NCBI GenBank assembly: GCA_002702685.1
Contig: PABD01000210.1
Coordinates: 1,035-65,034, forward strand
Reading direction: 5' to 3'
DNA from: Planctomyces sp.
Lineage (GTDB): Bacteria; Planctomycetota; Planctomycetia; Planctomycetales; Planctomycetaceae
Length of the DNA stretch: 64,000 nt
The notes beneath the pieces were generated by a model. It was not told the origin of the DNA. It did not search any database and was given only the letters and a program-made list of their open reading frames with translations. Shown here piece by piece: positions 52,763 through 62,930 of this stretch; the first letter of the stretch is position 1, and each line of letters opens with the position of its first letter. The translations under genes and the position numbers were made by a program.

Positions 52763-53650
52763 TCAACCGTGGAAAATAGAGCGTCTCCGCAAGCCGGCCT
52801 TGTGAGCGCAATAGGAGGCCAGCACCTTCATCGAGTTCATTCCGTAATGAACATCTTCCTGCCAGGATCGATCCGACGATCCCCCGGTAACGGGCAACTC
52901 CGTGATACGAAAACCGAAGTGCGATGCTTGGGCCAGAATCTGGCTGTCGAAAACATATCCGTCTGAATTTCGCAGGAATGGAATTCGTTTGAGGACTCGG
53001 CGGCGGTAACCGCGGAAGCTGGAGAAGCAGTCCGTCAGCTTTTGACGCAACAGGACATTGTGCATCGATGTCAGGAATCGATTAGCGGCGTATTTTCTAA
53101 GCGGAATTTTATCCCGCGTGTCTTCGCGCCGCGCGCACAAGCGTGAACCGACAACGATATCATAGCAATCGCTTTCGAGAATCTCGATCATGTTGGCGAT
53201 CAGGCGGCCGTCGTACTGCGAGTTGGGATTGAGCACGATGATGTTATCGCCCCCGCGCTCCAGCGCGTGCATGTAACACATCTTGAGGTTCGCGCCATAG
53301 CCGCGGCTTTTCGGATGACGAAAGATGCGCAGACCAAGCCCCCGGGCGATACGGACAGTCTGGTCTGTGCTTCCATCGTCAACCAGGATGATCTCGTCAA
53401 CGAGGTCATCCGGTAGCTGGTGTACGGTCTTTTCGAGTGTGCGCGCCACGTTGTATGCCGGAAAGACGACCACGGTTCGCTGGGCATGCGCATCCGGTCG
53501 GGATGCTGACTGCAGGATCCGTTCGATCTTCATCAGCGGATGGGCTTCCTCTCCACGCGCGCCCTCACTCTCACCGTCCAGAATCTCGATTGAGAAAGTG
53601 GTCACCGGTTTGTTGAGGAATGGCTTAGGGTCGGAATCAGTCAGTCGCAT
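52763..53650 (-). CDS. Glycosyltransferase family 2 (DPM/polyprenol-phosphate sugar synthase-like)
   Basis: VVFPAYN, LVDDGSTD, GYGAN, VVGSR, LTDCFSSFRGY; start may be 53533. Confidence 0.85.
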   Translation of the reverse strand: MRLTDSDPKPFLNKPVTTFSIEILDGESEGARGEEAHPLMKIERILQSASRPDAHAQRTVVVFPAYNVARTLEKTVHQLPDDLVDEIILVDDGSTDQTVRIARGLGLRIFRHPKSRGYGANLKMCYMHALERGGDNIIVLNPNSQYDGRLIANMIEILESDCYDIVVGSRLCARREDTRDKIPLRKYAANRFLTSMHNVLLRQKLTDCFSSFRGYRRRVLKRIPFLRNSDGYVFDSQILAQASHFGFRITELPVTGGSSDRSWQEDVHYGMNSMKVLASYCAHKAGLRRRSIFHG

Positions 53651-54081
53651 ACAGAATTTTCTTGTGGGAGAAGATGAAAACAGTAGAACTGTCTCCGGGC
53701 TCTGGATCGTGCTGGCAGAGCGGCCCCGGGTGACAAATCAGCTGAATTGCATTTTTGGTCTTTTCGTGACTCTTAAGAGATAGCTCACGCCGAAAGGGAC
53801 GTCGGGGCTCACTTGAATGAGTCTCGGGGAAAGACCGCAGCCGGAAGGAATGAAGTAGAGAGTTTAACGGTTATGACGATTCTATCGATCACTGCTCTCT
53901 GCAGGTTCGGCATCGGGATTCGATTCATTATCGATGGGGCGCTCCAGTCGCAATTGACCTCGCCGAGTGAGCTATGTTTTCAGAGTCGAGGCGGGTCAAG
54001 GCGCCCCCATTGTCGATAGATAGAGTGAGAGACCCTCCACTATCGTTCTGTATTGACTCAGAGAACTTCGAAAACCGACTC

Positions 54082-55602
54082 ATGAGCACCCTCACCCGGC
54101 CCGAACCCGTGACGGAAGTCGCCGACCAGAAACCTGACCTCGAACCGGGCAAAGTGCTGCGCCGAGTCATCGAGCGTCTGGGGGGATTGCGGGTCGTCTC
54201 TCCGGCGTGTTGCCTGATTCTGCTCACCATCGCCTGCTTCGGCCCGAGCATTACCTACGATTTCGTGAACTGGGACGATACCTGGTACGTCGTCGAGAAC
54301 GACCTGATCAAATCCTGGACGCCCGGCAATCTCTATCACATCGCGACTGAGATCGCGATTCGCAACTACGCGCCGCTGACACTCTATTCCTATCTCATCG
54401 ATTACACGATCTGGGGAATGTGGCCGGGGGGCTATCATCTCACGAACATTCTGCTGCATGCCCTTAACGCGGCACTCGTCTATACCCTGTTGCTCCGGTT
54501 CGTTCCCAACAGAACTGTCGCCTTCGTGGCGGCGGCCCTGTTTGCCATCCATCCGGTGCAGGTTGAATCGGTGGTCTGGATTTCCTCGCGAAAAGGACTG
54601 TTGTCGGCCACCTTTCTGTTGGCCTCCCTGCTCTGCTGGCTCCGTCCCGAGCGCACGACCCGTCAGGAACTCTGGGGAACGGCCTTTCTGGCTCTGGCGC
54701 TGCTGGCGAAGATCATTGCCATCATGGTTCCCCCGATCGTGCTGTTATACGACATGTTGATTGTCAAAAAGACCAAATCAGAAGCGGTCGTTCGTCAATT
54801 CATCCCGGGAATGCTCGCCGCCTGGTTGTTGATCATCAATATGTCCGCCCAGAACAGCGAACTGGGCGGGGTACGTGGTCATCTCGACCTTTCGCGTTGG
54901 GAAATCTTTCAGCTCGATCTGGTCATTCTCTGGCAATACGTTGGAATGCTGCTGTGGCCGCAAAACCTGGCTGTCCTCTACGACCCGGCCACGACCGGCA
55001 TTGGTGGGCAGATCGCCCTGGCCGCACTCGGATGGCTGGCAGTCGCCGCGGTTACCTGGAAGCTGCGACATCGCTTACCGCAACTGGGATGGGCTCTGGC
55101 GATCATGATCCTGTTCCTCCTGCCGGTTCTCAACCTTTTCCCCATCACTACGTTGATGAACGATCGCTATCTGTACCTCCCCTCAATTCCCTTCTTCGCC
55201 CTCGTGGCGAGCGCTGCCGCATCGCTGATCGGCTGGATGGTGGAGAGGCTGGAAAAAATCGCGGTGACGCGCATTGCGGATTTCGACGCGACTTCCTCCG
55301 CCCATGCGCAGCGCGTCCGTTGGACGCTTCTGATGTCGGGCTTTCTGCTGGTCGTCGCCTATACGGGTAAGACCGTTGCGTACATGCCTGTCTGGCGTAA
55401 TGGCATGTCCCTTTGGACTTACACCGAGCAGCAGGTGCCCCACCTGGCCGTCGTGCAGATTCAGATGGCCAACACGCTGCAGGCCGAGGGTCGCACGGAG
55501 GATGCCCGGATGCATCTGCTGTATGCCCTGGAGCACTGTTCGCCGGATGAATTGGATCGTCAGCGGATCGAACAGAAACTGGCCGAGTGGAAAATAAACT
55601 GA
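54082..55602 (+). CDS. TMTC-like GT-C membrane glycosyltransferase (putative protein O-mannosyltransferase) with a C-terminal TPR
   Basis: DFVNWDD loop, YHLTNILLH, LFAIHPVQVESVVWISSRK, NDRYLYLP, VWRNGMSLW. Confidence 0.8.
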   Translation: MSTLTRPEPVTEVADQKPDLEPGKVLRRVIERLGGLRVVSPACCLILLTIACFGPSITYDFVNWDDTWYVVENDLIKSWTPGNLYHIATEIAIRNYAPLTLYSYLIDYTIWGMWPGGYHLTNILLHALNAALVYTLLLRFVPNRTVAFVAAALFAIHPVQVESVVWISSRKGLLSATFLLASLLCWLRPERTTRQELWGTAFLALALLAKIIAIMVPPIVLLYDMLIVKKTKSEAVVRQFIPGMLAAWLLIINMSAQNSELGGVRGHLDLSRWEIFQLDLVILWQYVGMLLWPQNLAVLYDPATTGIGGQIALAALGWLAVAAVTWKLRHRLPQLGWALAIMILFLLPVLNLFPITTLMNDRYLYLPSIPFFALVASAAASLIGWMVERLEKIAVTRIADFDATSSAHAQRVRWTLLMSGFLLVVAYTGKTVAYMPVWRNGMSLWTYTEQQVPHLAVVQIQMANTLQAEGRTEDARMHLLYALEHCSPDELDRQRIEQKLAEWKIN

Positions 55603-56244
55603 GATTTTCCCCTGACTTCTTCGGGAACTGATCGCCCCCGGTCCCCCGCGCGAAGCTGTGCCGCTTGTGCCTGCGCTTTCGGCTGAGTGGAGTGCTCCTG
55701 TTTTCCCTGTTGCGACTACTTGTCGGCGCGCGCCGATCATGCCCCCGGTTTGATTGCTACACCCGTTTCAGCTTAAAAGTGACCGCGCCGAACGGGTAAA
55801 GATTGCCGCCTGCGAAAATTGTTCGAAATTTTCCCACGTTGACTTCCGTAAACATTCCGTAAGTTAGCGTTTCTCTTGGGGTTGCGACTGATGTGATGTT
55901 TACGTCTCGCAACAGCGCCGAAACTGATTCGGGCGAAGTAAATCCGGTTTGACTCTCGAACGGCATGGAATAAGTTTGCATTGCCAACCCGACACACGCG
56001 TCAGGCAAGCGACTCAAGACTGCGAATGTGATTGTCGGTCGTCCCGGAAAGCGACAACTAAAAACACCGCTCTTCGGGAGGCCTTTCGTAAAACACGAAA
56101 GATTGAATTTGAGTTTATCCTCGTTGTACGAGGTTAACTGGGTGCAGAGACAATTCCTCAGATGGTCTGGCGGCATGTCTCAACAAATTCGTGAGCTCAT
56201 CTGATCGGTGAGCAAGTCTCCAAAATTTTGAGAGAGGACTCCTA

Positions 56245-56418
56245 ATGAAAAACTTCGTCAACAGTGTAAAGCACTTCCTGGAATCTGAAGACGGCCCGAC
56301 CGCAGTTGAGTACGCAGTCATGCTGGCTCTGATCGTTATCGTCTGTCTGACCGCGATCTCGGCCATCGGTACGAACGCGAACACCAAGTTCGAAGCTGTT
56401 CGCGACGCCTTGACCTAA
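56245..56418 (+). CDS. flp: Flp-family type IVb/IVc pilin (57 aa)
   Basis: MKNFVNSVKHFLESEDG/PTAVEYAVMLALIVIVCLTAISAIGTNANTKFEAVRDALT: G|xxxxEY motif; GAGAGGA SD; below the ORF-track size cutoff. Confidence 0.95.
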   Translation: MKNFVNSVKHFLESEDGPTAVEYAVMLALIVIVCLTAISAIGTNANTKFEAVRDALT

Positions 56419-56458
56419 TCGATTGACGCAAAGTCGATCTACGAAATGGTGTGAGTCG

Positions 56459-56498
56459 GTCGTCCAGCCGGGCAGCTTGCCCGGCTGGACGACTCTTT
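56459..56498 (+). terminator. Strong hairpin after flp (terminator or mRNA stabiliser)
   Basis: gtcgtccagccgggca-gct-tgcccggctggacgac, 16-bp perfect stem followed by tcttt. Confidence 0.75.
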
Positions 56499-56586
56499 GC
56501 ACCGAACGCTGTTCCTGCGGTGGGAACACTTTTCTGAAAACCCTTAACAACCCCTCCCACAACGCAACCCGCAGAAAGCAAGACCA

Positions 56587-56700
56587 ATGCTTCCTTTTGT
56601 ATTTGAGCTGACCGAGAACTCCTTTGCCGAAATGGCCGGACTCTTCGTAGCCGGTTTCGCCATTGTAGTGACGACCTTGAGCTGCTTTCGCAGTGCGTAA
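56587..56700 (+). CDS. Putative 37-aa single-TM microprotein
   Basis: MLPFVFELTENSFAEMAGLFVAGFAIVVTTLSCFRSA; purine-rich AGAAAG upstream; followed by a hairpin. Confidence 0.5.
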   Translation: MLPFVFELTENSFAEMAGLFVAGFAIVVTTLSCFRSA

Positions 56701-56943
56701 ACCTGAAGCCGAAAGTAGGCGTCGGCTATCGAACAACGGGAAAGAATTTCCTGATCTTGTAGGCAGACATCCGCGGGCAGCGTCTCCTGAACGCTGTCCG
56801 CGACCGGACAACTCGAGACTGGCGGTGGTGCTGAAGTTCACTTCGCACCTCACCGCCAGGCCTTGAGCGACGACACCACACCACACCATACAAAAACAAG
56901 ACTCACTCCCGTTGCGGGATTTGAAGACAAAGGACCTTTCATT

Positions 56944-57495
56944 ATGGATTGGCATGAATTCTTAACCCAGCACTGGGATGTTAAATTCGTTTCGATTGTA
57001 TTGATTGTCGCCGCTTGGATTGATGGCAAGGAACTGCGAGTTCCCAACTGGATCACGTTTCCGATGGTCCTCTCCGGTATTGTCTTCTGTACGTATATGG
57101 ATGGCTGGTCGGGTCTCGGCTTCAGTCTCCTCGGTATGTGCGTCGGCCTGCTCTGTCTTCTGCCGCTCTACGCGGTCGGCGGCATGGGAGCGGGGGACGT
57201 CAAACTGATGGCCGGAATGGGGGCCTGGGTCGGAGCGACGGTGACCATCTATGCCTTCTGTGTCTCCACCGTCGTGGGGGCGCTCATGGCCGTCTGCATG
57301 GTTCTGTACCGACGCAGCTTCCGGAAGCACTATGACAACTTCATGATGATCCTCATGGAGTGGATGCAGGTGAAGAACCCGCGTGAGCTTTCGGAAATCG
57401 CCGCTCGCCGCAAACCACAGATGTTCCTGCTTCCCTACGGCATTCCGATCTGCATCGGTTCCATCGCTTACTTCTGCTATGCGAACCTGATCTGA
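56944..57495 (+). CDS. cpaA: A24 prepilin peptidase (CpaA/TadV)
   Basis: AAWIDGKELRVPNW, GMGAGDVKL, LPYGIPI. Confidence 0.92.
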   Translation: MDWHEFLTQHWDVKFVSIVLIVAAWIDGKELRVPNWITFPMVLSGIVFCTYMDGWSGLGFSLLGMCVGLLCLLPLYAVGGMGAGDVKLMAGMGAWVGATVTIYAFCVSTVVGALMAVCMVLYRRSFRKHYDNFMMILMEWMQVKNPRELSEIAARRKPQMFLLPYGIPICIGSIAYFCYANLI

Positions 57496-57856
57496 TCCAG
57501 AATTGAAAAAAATACAAATGCCGGGCCTGGCGACAGGTCCGGCAAAACTTTGATACCTCCAGAACAAACTCCCGCCCGGCCCGTGCTGACTCAACTTGAG
57601 TCTGCGGTATTCCGGGCTTACATCCCCTACAACGAAACCAGGCGATAAAACCGTTATAAAGTGAAGCTTTTGCCATCCTTCTGCCGATGTTGTTTCTAAC
57701 CGTACCCTCGGACCTGTTGCGTCCGGTGAAATGCGGCAGAGGAAGGTGACCTTCGAATGACGGCGGCCTGCTTCGTCTAACCTGATGCCCTGATAAGCAT
57801 TAAGGCGGACGAGAACACAGCAACGACCCTGGTCGACTGCCCCGAAGGGAACTGAC

Positions 57857-58963
57857 ATGAAATCCAAATCACTGATGTTATGGTTAGTCGCGCTGACCTG
57901 CGGCCTGGTGGCCATGCTGGGAGTGCGACAGGTTATGAACCGCGAACCGGCAGAAGTCGCTCCCGCTATGGAATACGGGAAAATGCTGGTCGCCATCGAG
58001 GAAATCGGACCGGGTACAATGCTGACCGAGGTAAACACCGCTCTTAAGGATTACCCGTTGGAAGCGATTCCAACCGGGGCGGTGACCAAACCGGAGCAAT
58101 ACATGGAACGCGCGATTCTTTCGCGCGCCGTCCCGGGCGAACCTATTATGGAAGCTAAGCTCGGGGCCCGAGGGGTCTCGGGGGCGTCGACCGACATTCC
58201 CAAGGGAATGCGCGTGATGACCGTGAAGGTGAACCAGACCACGAACAACAGTGGCCTGATGCTTCCCGGTGACCGCGTCGACGTAATGTTGACCCTGCAG
58301 GCGCGTGAAGATCGCAATGGCCGCTCGGTCATGGTCAAGAAAACCAAAACGATCCTGGAATACATCAAAGTCTTTGCGACCGACTCGCTTCGTGACCGTC
58401 AGGCGGACTCCGCCGAGGTTCAGGCGAAGAACGTCTCGTTGCTCGTCACTCCCGAACAGATGCAGATACTGCACCTCGCGGAGAACTCGGGACAATTGAC
58501 GTTGGCGATGCGTTCGCCGACCGATGATGAATCCGCCGACATCGCGATGATCGATCAGTCGATCTTCGAGGATGGCGATACCAGCTTCGGCGTCGCGGAT
58601 GCGAACAATGGCGATCATCTGGGGAACCTGGAAGGGGTGACCGTCGATCCGGATAACGGAGACGTGGATGACATCCGGAAATTCCTCCATAATGAAACAC
58701 AACCGGCACCTCAGCAGGTGGCGGTGGCGACACCAAAACCCGAACCGGAACGTCCGACGTGGACAATGACGATCTTCTCCGGTGGCGAAAGCCAGGAAGT
58801 GAAATTCGAATACGATGAAAATGGCAATGCCATTCGCATCGAAGATGACAACCAGAACTTTCAGCGGGCCGCTGTCAATGCCAACGCCAGTGCAAACGCC
58901 AACGCGAATGCATTGCAGCAGACCACGATTCCGAACGCCGTCCCCAGCGGACTTCCGTTCTGA
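57857..58963 (+). CDS. cpaB: Flp pilus assembly protein CpaB/RcpC
   Basis: SAF-like domain, IPKGMRVMTV, LPGDRVDV, VSLLVTPEQ, LTLAMR. Confidence 0.92.
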   Translation: MKSKSLMLWLVALTCGLVAMLGVRQVMNREPAEVAPAMEYGKMLVAIEEIGPGTMLTEVNTALKDYPLEAIPTGAVTKPEQYMERAILSRAVPGEPIMEAKLGARGVSGASTDIPKGMRVMTVKVNQTTNNSGLMLPGDRVDVMLTLQAREDRNGRSVMVKKTKTILEYIKVFATDSLRDRQADSAEVQAKNVSLLVTPEQMQILHLAENSGQLTLAMRSPTDDESADIAMIDQSIFEDGDTSFGVADANNGDHLGNLEGVTVDPDNGDVDDIRKFLHNETQPAPQQVAVATPKPEPERPTWTMTIFSGGESQEVKFEYDENGNAIRIEDDNQNFQRAAVNANASANANANALQQTTIPNAVPSGLPF

Positions 58964-58978
58964 GGACTTCCGTTCTGA
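58949..58978. repeat. 15-bp direct duplication spanning the cpaB stop codon
   Basis: ggacttccgttctga ggacttccgttctga. Confidence 0.9.
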
Positions 58979-59217
58979 ATCAACTGAAACCTGATAGAAA
59001 ACAGCGATCTCTTCCGCTCTGAATTGATCAGAGCGGGAGAGGTCGGATTAATACGGTAAAACTCGACAACCACCCGCATGACCAACCGACAGGAAGTTCG
59101 GAGTCCGCGGATGGCACAGAACACGACAGGGGGCGAACAGAATGACCTCCGGCTGCTGAAGCCGGTCCGCCAATTCTGTTCCAGTTAATAACTCCTTCAA
59201 GGGAGAAGGGTGCAGGG

Positions 59218-61164
59218 ATGCAAACTCGAGTCTTAGTTTCGGCCACGCAGCGACATCGTATTTCTGGACGGAGTAAGCCCTGTCCGGGTCATCTTCCTTC
59301 GGAACAGACAAGTTCGCGACATGCGAAACGTCTCTGGGCCGTTATCACCCTGTTCTGCCTCGTGTTGCTGAATATCCCGGGGCGATTGCACGCACAGGAT
59401 CAGATCGGCTCGGAGCCACCCGCCAAGAACGAACCAATCCTCCGTCTCGAAAAATCCCAGACGCGAATCGATCTGATTGAGACCTTCACGAAAGTGATTG
59501 AGTTGAAGCCGCAGATCCGGTTCGTCGACGGCTACGACCCGAATGTGATTCAGGTCTCCGCTATTTCGCCGCACCAGATTCGTCTTCAGGCCCTGACCCA
59601 GGGTGTGACTCAGCTGACGCTGACGGACGAGCACGACAAAACCTACACGATCGAAGTCTTCGTGGAAGGGGACGTCCGCCATCTGCAAGCGATGATCGAT
59701 CGTCTCTTCCCCGATTCGGCGGTGAAGGCGATCAAAGTCGGTGCGGAATCCGTGGTACTGCGTGGATTCGTCGCCAAACCGGAACAGATCACGCGTATCG
59801 TGGACGTTGCCGAACAGTTCTTCCCGATTGTCATCAACCAGATGGACTTCGGCGGAGAACAGCAGATCAAACTCAAAATTATCGTGATGGAAGTCCAGCG
59901 GGCGAAATTGCGTCAGTTCGGATTTAACTTCCTCCTGCTCGGCGAGAATGGATACTTCGCCAGTACGCCGGGTCAGTTGACTCCGCTCGCCAGCCTCACC
60001 ACCGCAGCCGGCGCCGCTCCTTCAGCAGCCGTTCGGACCAGTGCCCTGGCTGATTCTACACTGACCTTTGGTGTGGTTCGCCCGGATGCTATCTTCAGCG
60101 GCTTCCTCGAAGCCTTGAAGAAAGAATCTCTGCTTAAAATTTATTCAAACACGGAACTCGTCGCGTCGAACGGTCGCCCCGCGAACCTGCTGGCCGGTGG
60201 TGAATTTCCGATCCTCGTGCCGCAGAGTCTCGGTACCGTCAGTGTTGAATATCGTCCCTTCGGTACCAGCCTGGAAGCCGTTCCGATTCTCCTTGGAAAT
60301 GGACGTCTCCGACTCGAACTCCAACCGGAAGTTTCCGAAACAGACTTTGCGAATGCCGTCACGCTCTCCGGTACCACTGTGCCGGCGATCACGACACGGC
60401 GCGTGAATACGCAGGTCGAGATGAACTTCGGCCAGACATTGGTCATTGCCGGTCTGTTGTCCAACCGCGATAAAGCAGAAACACACAAAGTCCCCTTCCT
60501 GGGTGAGCTTCCCTACATTGGGGCCGCGTTCCGTCGCGAACAGTACGACGAAGGCGAAACCGAGGTGGTCGTGATGGTCACACCGGAAGTCGTTGGACCG
60601 CTCGCCTCTGAAGAAGTTCCTCCGGGTGGACCGGGTCGCTTCACCACGACTCCGACCGACCGAGAACTCTACCTCGACGGCATGATCGAAGTTCCCAGCT
60701 ACGGCGATATGTGCTCCGGTTGTGCGCTCGGTTGCGAGCAGTGCTCCTCGAGTCGTCCGCATGGAACCATTCACCATGCCGCCCCGCAGATGGAATACCC
60801 ACCGAGCAACGACACGATCCTCGAACCGGTTCCCGGTGGAATGATCATGCCTGGACCCTCGATGAGCCCGGCACCGATGCCCGTCCCCGGACCCACTTAT
60901 GTGCCTCCGGCCGGGCCTGGACTCAACGAAGCTCCTCCGGCACAACCGCAGTTCGAAACGGAACTCGAACCGCAGGTACGACGTCCGTCTCAGAATACAC
61001 AGTCGCAGGCGGCCCAGTGGCGGCCTGCACCTCGAACCAACACCCTGATTCAACCGAATTCGGGAATGATCCAACCTGTTTCCGGAACCGCCCCGCAGCG
61101 GACCACCAATAACACTCGCCCGCAGCGAACGGTAAATGGATTGATCTCACCTGCGGGTAAGTAG
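59218..61164 (+). CDS. cpaC: Tad secretin CpaC/RcpA
   Basis: N-terminal pilus-formation domain, LLAGGEFPI, PEVSE, GQTLVIAGLL, KVPFLGELPYIGAAFR, VVMVTPE; Pro-rich tail. Confidence 0.92.
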   Translation: MQTRVLVSATQRHRISGRSKPCPGHLPSEQTSSRHAKRLWAVITLFCLVLLNIPGRLHAQDQIGSEPPAKNEPILRLEKSQTRIDLIETFTKVIELKPQIRFVDGYDPNVIQVSAISPHQIRLQALTQGVTQLTLTDEHDKTYTIEVFVEGDVRHLQAMIDRLFPDSAVKAIKVGAESVVLRGFVAKPEQITRIVDVAEQFFPIVINQMDFGGEQQIKLKIIVMEVQRAKLRQFGFNFLLLGENGYFASTPGQLTPLASLTTAAGAAPSAAVRTSALADSTLTFGVVRPDAIFSGFLEALKKESLLKIYSNTELVASNGRPANLLAGGEFPILVPQSLGTVSVEYRPFGTSLEAVPILLGNGRLRLELQPEVSETDFANAVTLSGTTVPAITTRRVNTQVEMNFGQTLVIAGLLSNRDKAETHKVPFLGELPYIGAAFRREQYDEGETEVVVMVTPEVVGPLASEEVPPGGPGRFTTTPTDRELYLDGMIEVPSYGDMCSGCALGCEQCSSSRPHGTIHHAAPQMEYPPSNDTILEPVPGGMIMPGPSMSPAPMPVPGPTYVPPAGPGLNEAPPAQPQFETELEPQVRRPSQNTQSQAAQWRPAPRTNTLIQPNSGMIQPVSGTAPQRTTNNTRPQRTVNGLISPAGK

Positions 61165-61471
61165 TTCGTCTGTGCTGATCACAGGCAAAAATCATCTGGT
61201 CTCAATGTTTGAGCGATCAAAGGGAAATGTTATCGATTGAAAAATATCCGACACAGCGTGTCTGTTCTCTGTAAACCTCGAGTCTCGCAGAGGTTCGGGA
61301 AAGTCAAATCAGACGCGATGGCTTCGACTTGAAAGCCGACCTCGTTATTCGCGGTCGGGAGAAGAAATATCCGTTTCCTGCCGATAATTAACAAATACGG
61401 AACTCGCTTCGAAAGCGATTCTTCGTTACGGCACCGGAAACAGTGACTAACGCGTAATTAGGTGATTTAAA

Positions 61472-62674
61472 ATGAGCGGTGTAGTTCGCCTGGCGATCGT
61501 CGATCCCGATGATTCCAGTCGCAGTAATCTGAAAAATCTGCTGCTGGGAATCGACACTCTCTGGCTGGAAGCTGAGTGTGCGCGATACGAATTCTTTATC
61601 GACGTTGCCAGCCAGACTCAGCCCGAAATCGCGCTTGTGTCACTGGACTCCGATCCCGAGAAGGGGCTCGATCTTGTTCTGAAACTGGGACAGGAAGTGC
61701 CCGATTGCAGCGTGCTCGTCGTGAGCAGTTCCCAGGAAGGTCGCCTCATTCTGAAGGCGATGCGAAACGGAGCCCGCGAGTTCCTCTCGTTGCCGCTTAA
61801 CCTCGAAGACTTCATGACGGCGCTCAGCCGCATCAAACAGTCTAAGCAGACGACCGAGCAGGGGTCCTCTCCCCGGACGAGCCAGGTTATTTCCGTTGTG
61901 GGTGTCTCGGGTGGTATCGGTTGCACTTCGCTGGCGGTGAACCTCGGATGTGCCCTCGCGCAGGATGAACGTAATTCCGTCGCCATCATCGACCTCGATA
62001 TGGCGCTGGGCGATGCCGATGTCTGGTTGGACATCATTCCGGACTACACTATTCAGGATGTAGCCGAGAACATTTCCCGTCTCGACTTCTCCCTGTTGAA
62101 ACGATCACTCACCAAGCACAGTTGCGGAGCGTTTCTGCTTCCCCGCCCCGTGAATATGGAAGAGAACGCAGTCCTGACTGCGGAAGAACTGAAACGCGTC
62201 ATCGCCCTGCTGAAAGCGACATTCTCGCATCTCATCATCGATGTCAGTAAATCGTTCAACGCCATCGATATGATGGCCCTCTCCCAGTCCAATACAATTC
62301 TCTCATTGACGCAGCTTGACCTGCCGTCGCTGCGAAATATCGTGCGCGTGCTGCAGTTCTTCGATCAATACGACAGCATCGCAGAAAAGGTGCAGGTCGT
62401 CGTGAACCGCATCGGCCTCTCTGACAGCCAGATCAGTCTCAACAAAGCGTTGGAGACAATCGGCCGCGAGATTGCCTGGCAGGTACCGAACGACTACGCC
62501 ACGATGATTGAATCGCGTAACAACGGTGTCCCTCTCGTCGAACAGGCGCCACGAGCCAAACTGACAAAGGTTTACCAGCAGATGGCCCAGAGCTTCAGCG
62601 GTGCGCCCGGCCCCAAAGTGGATGACGAGGGCAAAAAAGGGAAGAGCATCTTCAGCCTTTTCAAAACGAAATAA
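61472..62674 (+). CDS. cpaE: CpaE/TadZ receiver-like plus MinD/ParA-like protein
   Basis: AMRNGAREFL, degenerate Walker A VSGGIGCTSLAVN, IIDLD, VVNR, NNGVP. Confidence 0.9.
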   Translation: MSGVVRLAIVDPDDSSRSNLKNLLLGIDTLWLEAECARYEFFIDVASQTQPEIALVSLDSDPEKGLDLVLKLGQEVPDCSVLVVSSSQEGRLILKAMRNGAREFLSLPLNLEDFMTALSRIKQSKQTTEQGSSPRTSQVISVVGVSGGIGCTSLAVNLGCALAQDERNSVAIIDLDMALGDADVWLDIIPDYTIQDVAENISRLDFSLLKRSLTKHSCGAFLLPRPVNMEENAVLTAEELKRVIALLKATFSHLIIDVSKSFNAIDMMALSQSNTILSLTQLDLPSLRNIVRVLQFFDQYDSIAEKVQVVVNRIGLSDSQISLNKALETIGREIAWQVPNDYATMIESRNNGVPLVEQAPRAKLTKVYQQMAQSFSGAPGPKVDDEGKKGKSIFSLFKTK

Positions 62675-62930
62675 GCTCCAGTCACTTCGGAAATTGATCA
62701 ATTCCAACACAGGCTTTGCCGTTCCCGTTCAGGAATGGCAAAGCCTGTTTGTTTTTGCGCTCAAAATAACAGGGAGGTAACTTTTTTCGGGAGAAGGAGC
62801 GATACGTCCAACCGGGCCAAAACAGCCGGAATGGGTGTAGGAATAGATGTGTTTTCGGTTAAGATAAGAGAGCACACATCCATCCGCATCTCGCCATTCT
62901 CGACCAACCTTCACCCCGATTGCCCGAAGT

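Noticed and set aside
53780-53855. c-di-GMP-I-like (CCGAAAGGGACG) and SRP-like (CCGGAAGGAA) fragments
   Set aside because: Flanking conserved nucleotides and stems are absent
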